Positions 30,764-40,366 of a DNA stretch of 64,000 nucleotides are shown piece by piece. Location: NCBI GenBank assembly GCA_951812955.1, contig OX638340.1, forward strand, positions 800,001 to 864,000, given 5' to 3'. The position numbers and the translations under genes were made by a program. The DNA is from an uncultured Gemmatimonadota bacterium. Its GTDB lineage: Bacteria > JAAXHH01. The notes beneath the pieces were generated by a model. It was not told the origin of the DNA. It made no database searches and worked only from the letters and a program-made list of their open reading frames with translations. Within the stretch, counting starts at the first letter, position 1; each line of letters opens with the position of its first letter.

Positions 30764-32332
30764 GTGACCTTCACGCCCAATGGACCGCATTCTTCCGCCG
30801 TGCATGCCGTTCTGCGCCATCGGGGCGGCCTCGCCCCGGAGCTGAGGCCCGATCCGACGCTCTTCCAACGAGTCGGGGGCCGATCCGTGATCGCGAAGGT
30901 AATCGACGGGCTGTACGACCGGATCGAAGTAGATTCCGACCTGCGTCCGATGTTTACCCGGACATTGGCTCCGGAACGTATGAAACAGAAAGCCTTCCTC
31001 GAAGAATGGATGGGAGAAGAACCGGGCTATACCCATCATCACGCCTACGGCGGAATCAAAAACCGCCACGGGCATATTCACATCACGCCGGAATCCGCGG
31101 AACGGTGGCTGGCGCACATGACCGATGCGTTGCTCGAGCATGTGAGGGATGACCGGCTCGTGAACGAAGCGCTGGCCACCCTCGGTCCCCTCGCCCGCGG
31201 ACTCGTCAACGAGAAGAAGCCACCAGAAAGCCCCGGACAACTCAGATGCTTCAGGGAAAAACGATGGAGACAGCCGGCCAAAATGGCGGCCAGGGGACAG
31301 ATGGAAGCACTCGAGAACTTTCTCGAGGAGGATTCCACGGTATTGGGCGATCCTCGTCACAGCGCAATCATCCTCGCGGAAGCGGCGCTGAGGGGCCATA
31401 CGCGGGTCGCGGCCCTGCTGCTTGACCGGGGGGTGGACGTAAACATACCATCTGCCCATTCGAGCGATATCATGATGACCGCCTATTGTGCCGCGCGAAG
31501 CAAGAGAAAAGACGAAACGGCCGGTTACCTGGCGGACCGCGGCGCGGTGTACGATGTCTTCAGCGCCTGTTTTCTCGGAGACATGGACCGGGTTGCCGTC
31601 CTGCTCGAAGCCCATCCCGGCCTGGTCAACGCAAGCGACCCCGCCTGCGACCTGTTGCCCGTGACCCCGTTGCACCATGCCGTGTACGGCGGCCATGAAC
31701 CCGTCGCCAGGTTCCTCTTTGAACGTGGCGCGGAGACCGGCGTGAACAGCACAGCCCTGTTGAAATACGCGGCGGAACGGGGACAGGCGAGCCTGGTCCG
31801 GTTGTTGCTGGCACACGGGGCGGATGCTTCGAGGATCGGTTGCGGCCGCTGGGTCGTCGATCCCGAGATCTCCGCGCTCCTGCTCGCCCGCGGCGCGGAC
31901 GTGAACTATCCCGATGGGAATTGGGTCTGGACGGCATGCACGGGAAACAACAGCCAGCGGGACGACCCCGCCTACGTGCAGGCACTGCTGGACAAGGGGG
32001 CCCGGATCGATACGGTTCTGCGCGGCGCCCAGGCACTGCACTTTGCCGCAAAGGCGGGATTCACTGGGGTCATGGAAGTGCTGTTGGAAAACGGGGCGCC
32101 GGTCGACGGGCAAAATGACGATGGCGAAACCCCCCTGTTCTACGCGCTGAAGGCGGGTCCCAGGGCCGATGTTGTCAAATCCGTGGAACTGCTGTTATCC
32201 CATGGCGCAGATCCGAATATTGAAGACAGGCTGGGCAAGACGCCCCTGGGAAATGCCTGCCGGATGAAGCGTCCCGATAAAGCTCGAATCGTCTCGGTGC
32301 TCGAAGCGGCTAGTCCTTCCTTACCGGCGTAA
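30764..32332 (+). CDS. truncated hemoglobin (2/2 Hb) N-terminal domain fused to an ankyrin-repeat domain
   Basis: Globin part: LFQRVGGRSVIAKVIDGLYDRIEVDSDLRPMF...KQKAFLEEWMGEEPGYTHHHAYGGIKNRHGHIHITPESAERWLAHM (the trHb pattern, with proximal-His region). Then seven or more ANK repeats (..TPLHHAVYGGHEPVARFLFERGAE..). Start codon uncertain (GTG/ATG near 30764). Confidence 0.65.
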   Translation: MTFTPNGPHSSAVHAVLRHRGGLAPELRPDPTLFQRVGGRSVIAKVIDGLYDRIEVDSDLRPMFTRTLAPERMKQKAFLEEWMGEEPGYTHHHAYGGIKNRHGHIHITPESAERWLAHMTDALLEHVRDDRLVNEALATLGPLARGLVNEKKPPESPGQLRCFREKRWRQPAKMAARGQMEALENFLEEDSTVLGDPRHSAIILAEAALRGHTRVAALLLDRGVDVNIPSAHSSDIMMTAYCAARSKRKDETAGYLADRGAVYDVFSACFLGDMDRVAVLLEAHPGLVNASDPACDLLPVTPLHHAVYGGHEPVARFLFERGAETGVNSTALLKYAAERGQASLVRLLLAHGADASRIGCGRWVVDPEISALLLARGADVNYPDGNWVWTACTGNNSQRDDPAYVQALLDKGARIDTVLRGAQALHFAAKAGFTGVMEVLLENGAPVDGQNDDGETPLFYALKAGPRADVVKSVELLLSHGADPNIEDRLGKTPLGNACRMKRPDKARIVSVLEAASPSLPA

Positions 32333-33347
32333 TGTCTTTCAAAAACTTAACAAGAGATTTTCGCTCCGCCGTCGGGCCGTGTATTTCAATCCCCACTTCC
32401 GCCCATACCAGCGGCGTCGTGCCGTGTTCATCGTCTGTCGCGGCGGGATCGGCGCCGGATTCGACGAGCAACTTCGCGATCTCCCTGTTCCCGCATAGAT
32501 GGAGGGGCGTCTGCCCGAAATCCGCACGGGCGTTAGCATCCGCTCCCCAGTCCAGCAGCGCCCGGACCGTATCCTCCCATCCATGCTGAACCGCGGCGTG
32601 AAGTGGCGTGCCCACCACGGCGTGGACGCCGATCTTTCCCGAATATGCTGTGACACCCCCATCTCTTTTGTGGACCTGGCGTAGTTCGTCTGTCCTTCCA
32701 AGCGCCGCAAGCTGGCACGGGTCGGCCGGCGCGCCGCGCGCAATCAGGAATTCCGCGACCGCGCGGCACCGCTCCCCGCGGGAAAGGGCCGCGCCCAATG
32801 GCGTGTTGCCCTCGCTGTCGAGCGTATTCAGGCGCGCTTGGTGGTCGAGAAGCAGCCCGGCCGTTTCGACTGACATGGCCACGTGGAGGGGTGATACTCC
32901 GCCTAGGTCAGGGCGGGCCGCCGCTTCAGGATCTTCCGCGAGAATCGCACGAACGGTAGAGACGTCATCTAGCAGGCACGCGGCGTGGATGTCGACCCTG
33001 GCGCCCCGGTCCCGCAATAGAGCGGCGGCCTCAAGGTGTCCCCAGTGTGCGGCCAGGTGCAAGGCGCTCCAACCGCCGTAGGAATCGGCGCCGTGGTTCG
33101 GATCCGCTCCATTCCGCAGCAGCAATTCGATCACCCTCGTATCCCCGCGCTCGGCCGCCAGTTGTATAGGCACGGGACGGCCTCCCCAACGGGGATGGGC
33201 CACCGGTTCATTAACGATACCGGGCTCACGGGAAAGGACTTCTTCGACCTGCTCCGGGTCACCCTGCCAGATGGCGGCTCGCAGTCGTTCCTTCGCCGTC
33301 TCGCCGTTCCGGGCCGTCTGACCGCCGGGTTCAAGGGGAGTGGACAT
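32310..33347 (-). CDS. ankyrin-repeat protein
   Basis: ANK repeats (..SALHLAAHWGHLEAAALLRDRGARVD..; ..TPLHLCGNREIAKLLVESGADP..). Start chosen at MSTPLEP (ATG 33347, RBS AAGGAAGGA); the ORF is open to 33470. Confidence 0.8.
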   Translation of the reverse strand: MSTPLEPGGQTARNGETAKERLRAAIWQGDPEQVEEVLSREPGIVNEPVAHPRWGGRPVPIQLAAERGDTRVIELLLRNGADPNHGADSYGGWSALHLAAHWGHLEAAALLRDRGARVDIHAACLLDDVSTVRAILAEDPEAAARPDLGGVSPLHVAMSVETAGLLLDHQARLNTLDSEGNTPLGAALSRGERCRAVAEFLIARGAPADPCQLAALGRTDELRQVHKRDGGVTAYSGKIGVHAVVGTPLHAAVQHGWEDTVRALLDWGADANARADFGQTPLHLCGNREIAKLLVESGADPAATDDEHGTTPLVWAEVGIEIHGPTAERKSLVKFLKDITPVRKD

Positions 33348-33534
33348 CGGTCTATCCTTCCTTTCTCCATGTTCTGTCATCGAACGGTCGAACGATTCGT
33401 CGATGAATGGGTGTACGTTTACACGATCCAGCGTAGTGGAAAGGCTGGAGGGGAACGGTATTGGGCCCATGATCTGTCCGTCCGGGTTCCTGCCGGGATA
33501 GGTTTTTTCAGGCGACGGCTCTTGTTTTTCGGAG

Positions 33535-33621
33535 GCGATCCGCGATGGCCGCGAAGAAGGCGTCCATGTCCGCGTGCAGGATCGTACGGGATTGATTCAC
33601 GATGGGCTGGATTGGACTACA
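33535..33621 (-). pseudogene. remnant of a dinB (Pol IV) 5' end, duplicated together with the downstream ankyrin gene
   Basis: Minus strand translates ...VNQSRTILHADMDAFFAAIADR..., matching MNRIRTILHADMDAFFAAVEQR of the intact dinB at 44674. About 40 nt are near-identical at DNA level. It is stopped after ~19 more codons. Confidence 0.5.
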
Positions 33622-33840
33622 TCACACAAAAACCGCGTTGCAGGATTGTTAGTCCTGATTATACTGTCTGGCGTGGATTCTTACAAGCGCATCGGGAAAG
33701 CGGATCAGCAAAAATCAGTCTATCGCGCGGGATGTGCGTTGGATGTGCGTTGGAAATTGCGTCGATCCATTTGCGGTGGGACGGTTGAATGTCGTGATAC
33801 CGCGCGGACCCGACTCAACCGCAGCATTGAGGGAGGTAAC

Positions 33841-34452
33841 ATGCCCGGTTATGAGGCACTGAACCAGGCGCTGATCCGTGCCGTGGAAGACGGTGATGTC
33901 GAAAGGGTAAGGGAGGCTGTAAGGCAGGGCGCCGATGCGGCGTGCATTACGCCCGCGCATATTCCTCCCCAGAAGGAAACCGACGAACATTACGAGATTA
34001 TGCGATATCTTTTTGCTAGGGGGACCGATGTCAACTTCGCCGGATTCGAAGAAGGGATACTCATGACCTTCTCGGCATACCGCGGACAGTTGCGTTATCT
34101 TCGCCTCTACCTGGAAGCCGGCGCCGACATCAATCTCGCCCAGCCTATGAACGGCGTTACGGGCCTGCACGTGGCGGTTCAGCACAATCTACTGGAAATC
34201 GTACGATTCTTTCTCGACCATGGCGCCAGGGTCGACCAGGCCTGCCACGATGACGCGCCGACCCCGGATCCCGGTCACGTATACGGAGAAACGGCCCTGC
34301 ATTTCGCCGCGGCGGGCGCCGACAGGGAGATCGTACAAATGCTCCTGGATGCCGGTGCGGACCGGTCCGCTATTTCTTCCCGAGGCGAATCGCCGCTGGA
34401 CTACGCGATGCAGAATAACCGGCCGGAAGACGTGCTTCGGCGGCTCAGGTAG
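33841..34452 (+). CDS. small ankyrin-repeat protein (paralog A; ~80% identical to 44808-45419)
   Basis: MPGYEALNQALIRAVEDGDVERV...ITPAHIPPQKETDEHYEIMRYLF...GVTGLHVAVQHNLLEIVRFFLDHGARVD..; RBS GGGAGG. Confidence 0.8.
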   Translation: MPGYEALNQALIRAVEDGDVERVREAVRQGADAACITPAHIPPQKETDEHYEIMRYLFARGTDVNFAGFEEGILMTFSAYRGQLRYLRLYLEAGADINLAQPMNGVTGLHVAVQHNLLEIVRFFLDHGARVDQACHDDAPTPDPGHVYGETALHFAAAGADREIVQMLLDAGADRSAISSRGESPLDYAMQNNRPEDVLRRLR

Positions 34453-34578
34453 GTTGAAAGGGGTAGCAGTAATCCGTTTGAACACGCCCTTAATACGTTG
34501 ACAAAAAGGGCCTAATGCCAGCAAATCATCCTCGCTTCATGCGCTTTTCGCAGGATTTATGCACAATAAAGGTTAACC

Positions 34579-35757
34579 ATGCAACATAGTATCGTTATGA
34601 AAGAAAAGGGACGCTACAACGCGTTTCCTGTATTGACTCAACTTCCGGACGGGCGGTTGACGATCGGCTGTTTCTCTTCGCCTTTCGGGGATCACTACGG
34701 TCTGGCAGACTGGCTGACGTTCGTGTCCTGCAACAACGGACGAACCTGGACGCTGTCGGAAGATCCTTCGTTGCCACCCAACTGGCCCGGTACATCGCCG
34801 CGGGAGCGGTACGACAGACTTTCCGGCATTTTACCCGATGGAACCTTTATGGCTGTGGGCTCGGTGGGACCGGAAATCTGGACACTGGACCGTCGGGAGG
34901 AAGCGGAGGCGCGGGGCCTGAGTTTCGTAGAGGATGAGACGTACACGTCTCTTTTTCCGGGAAAGCTGATCATAAAGGGTTATCGACTGTCGACGGTACG
35001 ATCCCGGGATGAGGGACATTCCTGGGATCGGCGCACCTGGACCGTGCCAGGCTATGAATTTACGGTCGGTTTTCCACGCGGAATTGTACTCGAAGACGGT
35101 ACGTGGTTGTTTCCTGTTTACACAATGCGAGCCGGGGGCGGGGGCGGGGGCGATTGTCTCATATTCCGGTCCAGCGACGACGGAGAGACCTGGCATCTCC
35201 ATGAGGCGGTGCCGCGTATCGGCAGCGAATGGGCACTGGTAGAGACCGAGCCGAACCGTGTCCTGGGCCATATCCGCTCGACGTGTTACTGGGCGCCGGG
35301 TGTTGTTAAGCATACCTATCAGAAGGACCGGTTCTACACCTTGGAAGTCTGGTCCGAAGACGGCGGCAGGACCTGGACCTGCCCGGTAGAGACGTCATTC
35401 GAGGGCTATCCGAACCACCTGCTCAAATTGAGTGACGGACGTATTCTATGTACCTATGGCTATCGCCGAGCCCCGATGGGTATACGGGCCTTGATTAGTG
35501 AGGACGGCGGACGCACCTGGGACACAGACCGCGAATACGTGCTCCGGGATGACGGCGGTGGCTTATCGAATGAGTGGCCTCCGGAAAAGCGTGCCCGGAT
35601 GGGCGGCGCGGACGTGGGCTATCCGATTTCAGCGGAATTGGGTGACGGTACCATGCTGACCGTCTATTACATCACGACGGAAGATGGCATCACCCATGTC
35701 GCTGCCACCCACTGGCATCCTGACCACGATAGACCTACAAGTCCTCGAAGAGGGTAA
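34579..35757 (+). CDS. BNR/Asp-box repeat sialidase-like (exo-alpha-sialidase fold) protein
   Basis: Asp-boxes SCNNGRTW, SRDEGHSW, SSDDGETW, SEDGGRTW (twice). Contains a (GGGGGC)3 tract encoding a Gly6 run. Confidence 0.7.
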   Translation: MQHSIVMKEKGRYNAFPVLTQLPDGRLTIGCFSSPFGDHYGLADWLTFVSCNNGRTWTLSEDPSLPPNWPGTSPRERYDRLSGILPDGTFMAVGSVGPEIWTLDRREEAEARGLSFVEDETYTSLFPGKLIIKGYRLSTVRSRDEGHSWDRRTWTVPGYEFTVGFPRGIVLEDGTWLFPVYTMRAGGGGGGDCLIFRSSDDGETWHLHEAVPRIGSEWALVETEPNRVLGHIRSTCYWAPGVVKHTYQKDRFYTLEVWSEDGGRTWTCPVETSFEGYPNHLLKLSDGRILCTYGYRRAPMGIRALISEDGGRTWDTDREYVLRDDGGGLSNEWPPEKRARMGGADVGYPISAELGDGTMLTVYYITTEDGITHVAATHWHPDHDRPTSPRRG

Positions 35758-35843
35758 GCAATAGTCGCTATTGCGGTGGGTATTACAAGGGCAGATCCTG
35801 CTCCGTACCGCGTCAGGTCCCTTGCCTTCCGCCATCTGTGCGC

Positions 35844-37577
35844 TCAGGAAACGGCACCGGCTTCCCGCAGACGGTCCGCGATGGACGCGTGCCCGTACCG
35901 TTCCGCCCAGGCGAGCGGTGTGGTCCAGGGTTCCCCATCGGGCTGAGGATCGGCACCGTGCTGGAGATACAGTTCGACCAGATCCTCGCGTGCCCAGCGG
36001 GACGCCCAGGCGAGCGGCGTGGAGTGGAGCAGCGTGTCCCTGCCTTCGAGCGTGGCGCCGTGGTCGAGAAACAGGCGGGCGAACTCGATCCGCTCGTCCT
36101 CTCTCAGCACCGGCTCTCCCCAGACCTTGCCCGTTGCCGCGATATGATGAAGGAGGGATGTGTCGCGCCGGCCCTTCACGTTCGGGTCCACCCCGTGGTC
36201 GAGGAACATGCGTACGATATCGGGGAATATGGATCGATCGAAATCACGGTACTGGCGATGGGGACAACAGGGCCAGAGACGAATAGGCTGGATGATCAGA
36301 CCGTACCACCGGGGGTCGTCCAGGGCCCAGTCCAGTTTGCGCAGGCACACGCCCACCACGCTGGGATCACCGCCGCAGGCGGCCCCCCAAAGAATCTCCT
36401 CGACCAGTTCAGGCTTGAGGCTCAGCGCCATGACCGCCGCAGAGGTATCGCATTCCAGGGCCGCACTGTCGGGAGTCATCGAACCGCCGTACCTGTAGAG
36501 CAGACGCTTCATGCGTTCGTCCCTGTTGTTGTAGGCGCGGCTCATGGGATCGCCAGACGCGTAAACGGCGGCGTTAGGATCGGCACCGCGATCCAGAAGC
36601 AGTTGCGCGATGTCGTACATCCCGTCGCCCGCTGCGATCCAAAGCGGTTCGCCCCAGTTGTATGTTTCTTCTTCCAGGGATTGTATTCGGTACCGCTGGT
36701 CCGGGTCCATGCCGAGATCGAGCAGCAGCTTCACCATCTCGTATCGTTTATGACGGACAGCATCACCCAGCAGGTGGGTTTCGGTTTCAATATCCGGTTC
36801 GAACTGGTCCTGGTGACTTTCCGCGATCTGACGTACGGCTTCCAGGTCTCCAAGCATGACACTCGTTCGAAGACTTCGCGGGGCCCCCGCGGTCATCAGG
36901 ATGCCCGCGGCCATGAAACAGCCTTCAGCCCGGCGCCTGTCCGTTGCGACGGTTTGTTCCGCAGCCAGCTCGAGCGGAGTCCGGCCCTCCAGGTTGGTCT
37001 TGCCCGTATCGGCGCTGGCAGTCAGCAGCGCTTGAACGAGACCGGGATAGCCGTGGCTGGCGGCGTGGTGCAGGACCGTGTTTCCGTTCTCGTCGCAGGC
37101 CTCCGCTAGTTCGGGCGTTTCGTGTATATCCCGCATCGCGCCCGCCACATCGCCATCCTCCACTTTTCGGGCGAGCAGAACGACCTCTGGGGAAACGGTC
37201 AGGTTCGGACAGAGGTTCGCCTCGCGTCTCCGCTCCAGTTCTTCATTGATTGTTTCTATGATATCACCGAATCCGCGGTCGCGAGCCATAGCCAGGGGCG
37301 TGGACGCGTCCCTGTGGGGATAGACCCCCTGGTTGGGATCGGCGCCCGCGGCCATGAGTGCGGAAACGGCTTCCGTCTGGCGGTTTACCACCGCGTGATG
37401 CAGGGCACGGTGCTCATCGAAAGAAGCCGTATCCACACCCACCAGGTGGGGTGCGACGGCCAGAATGGTATTAAGGCGTTTCATGTCTCCGGCGGCGGAC
37501 GCCTGGCACAGTTCGGCCACGGTGAAGACGCCGGAGGTCATCCCGTTCGTCATGATTCCTTCTCCTCGATTCGTCAT
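35844..37577 (-). CDS. ankyrin-repeat protein (577 aa)
   Basis: Many ANK repeats (..TVLHHAASHGYPGLVQALLTASAD..). Two alternative ATG starts (37577, 37553) created by a 24-bp tandem duplication; overlaps the upstream SRPBCC stop (ATGA). Confidence 0.85.
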   Translation of the reverse strand: MTNRGEGIMTNGMTSGVFTVAELCQASAAGDMKRLNTILAVAPHLVGVDTASFDEHRALHHAVVNRQTEAVSALMAAGADPNQGVYPHRDASTPLAMARDRGFGDIIETINEELERRREANLCPNLTVSPEVVLLARKVEDGDVAGAMRDIHETPELAEACDENGNTVLHHAASHGYPGLVQALLTASADTGKTNLEGRTPLELAAEQTVATDRRRAEGCFMAAGILMTAGAPRSLRTSVMLGDLEAVRQIAESHQDQFEPDIETETHLLGDAVRHKRYEMVKLLLDLGMDPDQRYRIQSLEEETYNWGEPLWIAAGDGMYDIAQLLLDRGADPNAAVYASGDPMSRAYNNRDERMKRLLYRYGGSMTPDSAALECDTSAAVMALSLKPELVEEILWGAACGGDPSVVGVCLRKLDWALDDPRWYGLIIQPIRLWPCCPHRQYRDFDRSIFPDIVRMFLDHGVDPNVKGRRDTSLLHHIAATGKVWGEPVLREDERIEFARLFLDHGATLEGRDTLLHSTPLAWASRWAREDLVELYLQHGADPQPDGEPWTTPLAWAERYGHASIADRLREAGAVS

Positions 37578-37593
37578 GATTCCTTCTCCTCGT
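37546..37593. repeat. perfect 24-bp tandem duplication (TTCGTCATGATTCCTTCTCCTCG[A/T]) spanning the RBS/start junction of the SRPBCC-ankyrin gene pair
   Basis: Read directly. On the coding (minus) strand each copy carries GGAGAAGGAATC-ATGA, that is RBS, ATG and the overlapping TGA. Confidence 0.6.
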
Positions 37594-38074
37594 TTGAGTC
37601 GTCGTTACCCGCGACCAGGTGGCCGTACCGATCCACGTAAGTCTTCATGAGATCGTCGTAACGGTCTTCTACGGTGGTCCCGGCCAGATACGGTCCCAGG
37701 TGGTCGATGAAGGCGTGCCAGCCCGCGGCGAAACCCATCAGGATATCCGGGGTAACGTGGGAATTCGTGAATCGCAGCCGTGTGCCGCCTTCACGGGGTC
37801 CAAGCTCCCATCTTAGCACGGAGAGTCCCCAGGTATAGGCGAACACCCGTTCAGGCGCCCATTCACAGACAATGCCCTCCAGGTTCCCTTCTGATTTGAA
37901 ATCCACGAAAAACCGGCCGCCGATCCGGCGCTCCAGCGAGGTCTCATACTTCATCCACGCAGAGATTCCGTCCGCCGTCGTGACGGCATCCCACACCCGG
38001 GAGACCGGATGGGCGTACGTCCGTTCGATTTCTATACAGTATTCCGGCGTTATCCTGGCCAGAGATTCTGCCAT
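37574..38074 (-). CDS. SRPBCC-superfamily protein (AHSA1/Aha1-like, START/Bet v1 fold)
   Basis: 166 aa; ...VWDAVTTADGISAWMKYETSLERRIGGRFFVDFKSEGNLEGIVCEWAPERVFAYTW... is the AHSA1-domain pattern. Confidence 0.65.
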   Translation of the reverse strand: MAESLARITPEYCIEIERTYAHPVSRVWDAVTTADGISAWMKYETSLERRIGGRFFVDFKSEGNLEGIVCEWAPERVFAYTWGLSVLRWELGPREGGTRLRFTNSHVTPDILMGFAAGWHAFIDHLGPYLAGTTVEDRYDDLMKTYVDRYGHLVAGNDDSNEEKES

Positions 38075-38324
38075 CTCGATCTCACTTCTTTAGTGTCCGT
38101 TAGCACGGTTGCCGTTACTAATAGTGGCTGTTTCAACAGCTAACGTTACAAATACTGAAATTGCGGTTGATGCCGCAAAACTCTATCTGCAAGGATCTGC
38201 GATCCGATGCATTTCCGAAACGTTTCGACAGGCGCACGCTGGCGATGCGCATATCGACGTTTGTATTGACAGTACCGCACGGTGGCACTAACCATGTTTT
38301 AACGGTATATTATTGGAGATGAAA

Positions 38325-39119
38325 ATGCGGTTTGACAAGGAAAAACAGTGGATCGGCGCAGTGTACGCCGAAGACCTCGAACTCATGGCCGAAATGTTGG
38401 CGGAGGACCCGTCGCTGGCCGATTTCAAGCATGAAGCCTTCGATGATCCGTACCGCTCGGGACGCTTCCCTGTCGCCACCCTCGTTTTTGCCGTAACCGG
38501 ACCGCCCCAACAGCAGATCGACTGGCGCCAGGTAGAGTGCAGAATCAACTTCGACATGGTCAGGTTGCTGGTCGAAGCAGGCGCCGACCCCAATATCGAC
38601 AACGTGCACGGCCGTCCGCTCTGCACGTGCCGGGACGAGCAAATCGCACAGTACCTGATCGATCACGGCGCCGACATCAACCTGTGGCACGGTAACGGCG
38701 GCGCGCCCGTCTACTTTTCGGTCTGGCAAATCGATCCCGAAAGATTGAAGATGCAGATCCGGCTGGGAGCCGACCCAGGTCAGATCAATCCTCAAAACGG
38801 ATCATCCGCGTTTCATTCAGCCGCGGAAGTGAGACCTGGCGATCACCAGCTACCGGATCACCGCGAGACCATCCGGATTCTCGGCGACGCCGGCCTGGAC
38901 CCCAATCACCGGGCGGGAATAGGCGTACAGTCCGACTGGGGGCCCATCTACCAGGGGGATGCGCCCCTGCACATGGCCGCCCAGTTAAACCGGCCCGAAG
39001 TAATCGAGGCCCTGGTCGCGGCCGGATGTAGCCGGACCCTTACGAATGCCAACAACGAAACGCCGCGAGAAGTGGCAGTTAGAGTCGGTCGCGGTCCGGA
39101 CATTGCCGGGCTTCTTTAA
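38325..39119 (+). CDS. ankyrin-repeat protein
   Basis: ANK repeats (..DMVRLLVEAGADPNIDNVHGRPL..; ..APLHMAAQLNRPEVIEALVAAG..). Start at ATG 38325 or 38313. Confidence 0.8.
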   Translation: MRFDKEKQWIGAVYAEDLELMAEMLAEDPSLADFKHEAFDDPYRSGRFPVATLVFAVTGPPQQQIDWRQVECRINFDMVRLLVEAGADPNIDNVHGRPLCTCRDEQIAQYLIDHGADINLWHGNGGAPVYFSVWQIDPERLKMQIRLGADPGQINPQNGSSAFHSAAEVRPGDHQLPDHRETIRILGDAGLDPNHRAGIGVQSDWGPIYQGDAPLHMAAQLNRPEVIEALVAAGCSRTLTNANNETPREVAVRVGRGPDIAGLL

Positions 39120-39151
39120 ACCCGGCGCCGGGAGCGCGTCGTTCCGATGGA

Positions 39152-39382
39152 ATGAAATACCTCGTTGATCGGCATCGGAGGCTTTACGTGAAAATCGAAA
39201 AACTGCACCAGGTCACCGTACTGTCCCGCGACCTGGATGAAACCAGGACTTTTTATGAAGAATCCCTCGGCGCCCGGCTATTGGCCTATTCACAGGTCCG
39301 CCGGGATAGGTCCTGCTGCTGTGTCGGGGCATTCCGATTTTGCCCACTCACTGGTCCAGGTGGGCCAGTATCACAGGATTAA
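39152..39382 (+). pseudogene. possible N-terminal fragment of a VOC-family gene (76 aa), truncated
   Basis: IEKLHQVTVLSRDLDETRTFYEESLGARLL resembles the first beta-alpha-beta of a VOC domain, but the ORF ends after 76 aa, 3 nt before the ZIP transporter gene. Confidence 0.3.
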
Positions 39383-39385
39383 CCC

Positions 39386-40243
39386 ATGTCACTCTTGACA
39401 TTCAAGTTACTCTCCGCCACCGCGATATTAGCCATCGCCGTGATCGGCGGTTTGATTCCCCTTTATTTCGCCCGACATGAATCCAGCAGGCGGTTTTTTT
39501 CGCTGGGAAACGCCTTCGCGGGTGGGCTATTCCTCGGGGTCGGCTTCATTCACCTGCTGCCCGAGGGAATAGAAAAGCTCGAAGGAGTCACGGATTATCC
39601 GCTGGCCGCGCTACTGGCAGCACTCGGTCTCGTAGCCCTGCTACTGATTGATCGAGTAATCTATGGAGATCACCACGGCGCCGACCATGAAGAGAGTACA
39701 TCACAACATTGCATATACCCGTACGTATTGCTTGTCCTGCTATCTATCCATTCCGTCATCGCCGGTATTTCACTCGGCATCGAATCCCACTTGTCCGGCC
39801 TGGTCATCATAATGCTCGGGATTCTCTGTCACAAGGGATCGGCCGCTTTCGCCCTGATGGTCAGCGTTCACAGGGCGGGCATCCCGAAGAACCGCCAGAA
39901 GCCCATGCTGGCAGTCTTTGCCGCCATGACTCCCCTGGGCGTGCTTGCGGGGTTGGCAGGCCACATGGCCCTGGAAGGCAGCGTTATGGTCACTGCCGTA
40001 ATTGAAGGCAGTTTCAACGCCCTCGCCGCGGGCACGTTCATCTACGTCGCGATCATAGACATCATCGACGCGGAACTGTCCAGGCGCAACGTGCGTGTTG
40101 CGAAGTTCGTCATGAGCGTGCTCGCCGGGGAAGACGACCAGCCCATGCCGACGCGGGACCATGACCGCGTTTTCAAGTTCGCCCTGGTTATCCTGGGTAT
40201 CGTATTGATGGCGTTTCTGGTCGAATGGGCACACGCTCACTGA
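39386..40243 (+). CDS. ZIP-family divalent metal (zinc/iron) transporter (ZupT-like)
   Basis: Eight predicted TM segments; conserved HSVIAGISLG and HKGSAAFALMV metal-binding helices. Confidence 0.85.
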   Translation: MSLLTFKLLSATAILAIAVIGGLIPLYFARHESSRRFFSLGNAFAGGLFLGVGFIHLLPEGIEKLEGVTDYPLAALLAALGLVALLLIDRVIYGDHHGADHEESTSQHCIYPYVLLVLLSIHSVIAGISLGIESHLSGLVIIMLGILCHKGSAAFALMVSVHRAGIPKNRQKPMLAVFAAMTPLGVLAGLAGHMALEGSVMVTAVIEGSFNALAAGTFIYVAIIDIIDAELSRRNVRVAKFVMSVLAGEDDQPMPTRDHDRVFKFALVILGIVLMAFLVEWAHAH

Positions 40244-40366
40244 CCGGCGGCAGGAAACCCACCCAATGCGGCTCTTCCCCGGAACCGCGCTTTCATTTCG
40301 CGGCGAACTGGCCCTAAAACCCCTCGTGATCTCCTATTCGAAAGTCCGCGAACGCTCCCAACTCAC

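Noticed and set aside
35133-35151. (GGGGGC)3 microsatellite
   Set aside because: It lies inside the BNR sialidase-like CDS and simply encodes a Gly6 linker. It could be contingency-prone, but there is no evidence of that.
38266-38294. TTGACA-17-TAACCA as promoter of the ANK gene at 38325
   Set aside because: The -35 element is perfect but the -10 is poor (TAACCA). It is left as unconfirmed rather than listed as a feature.
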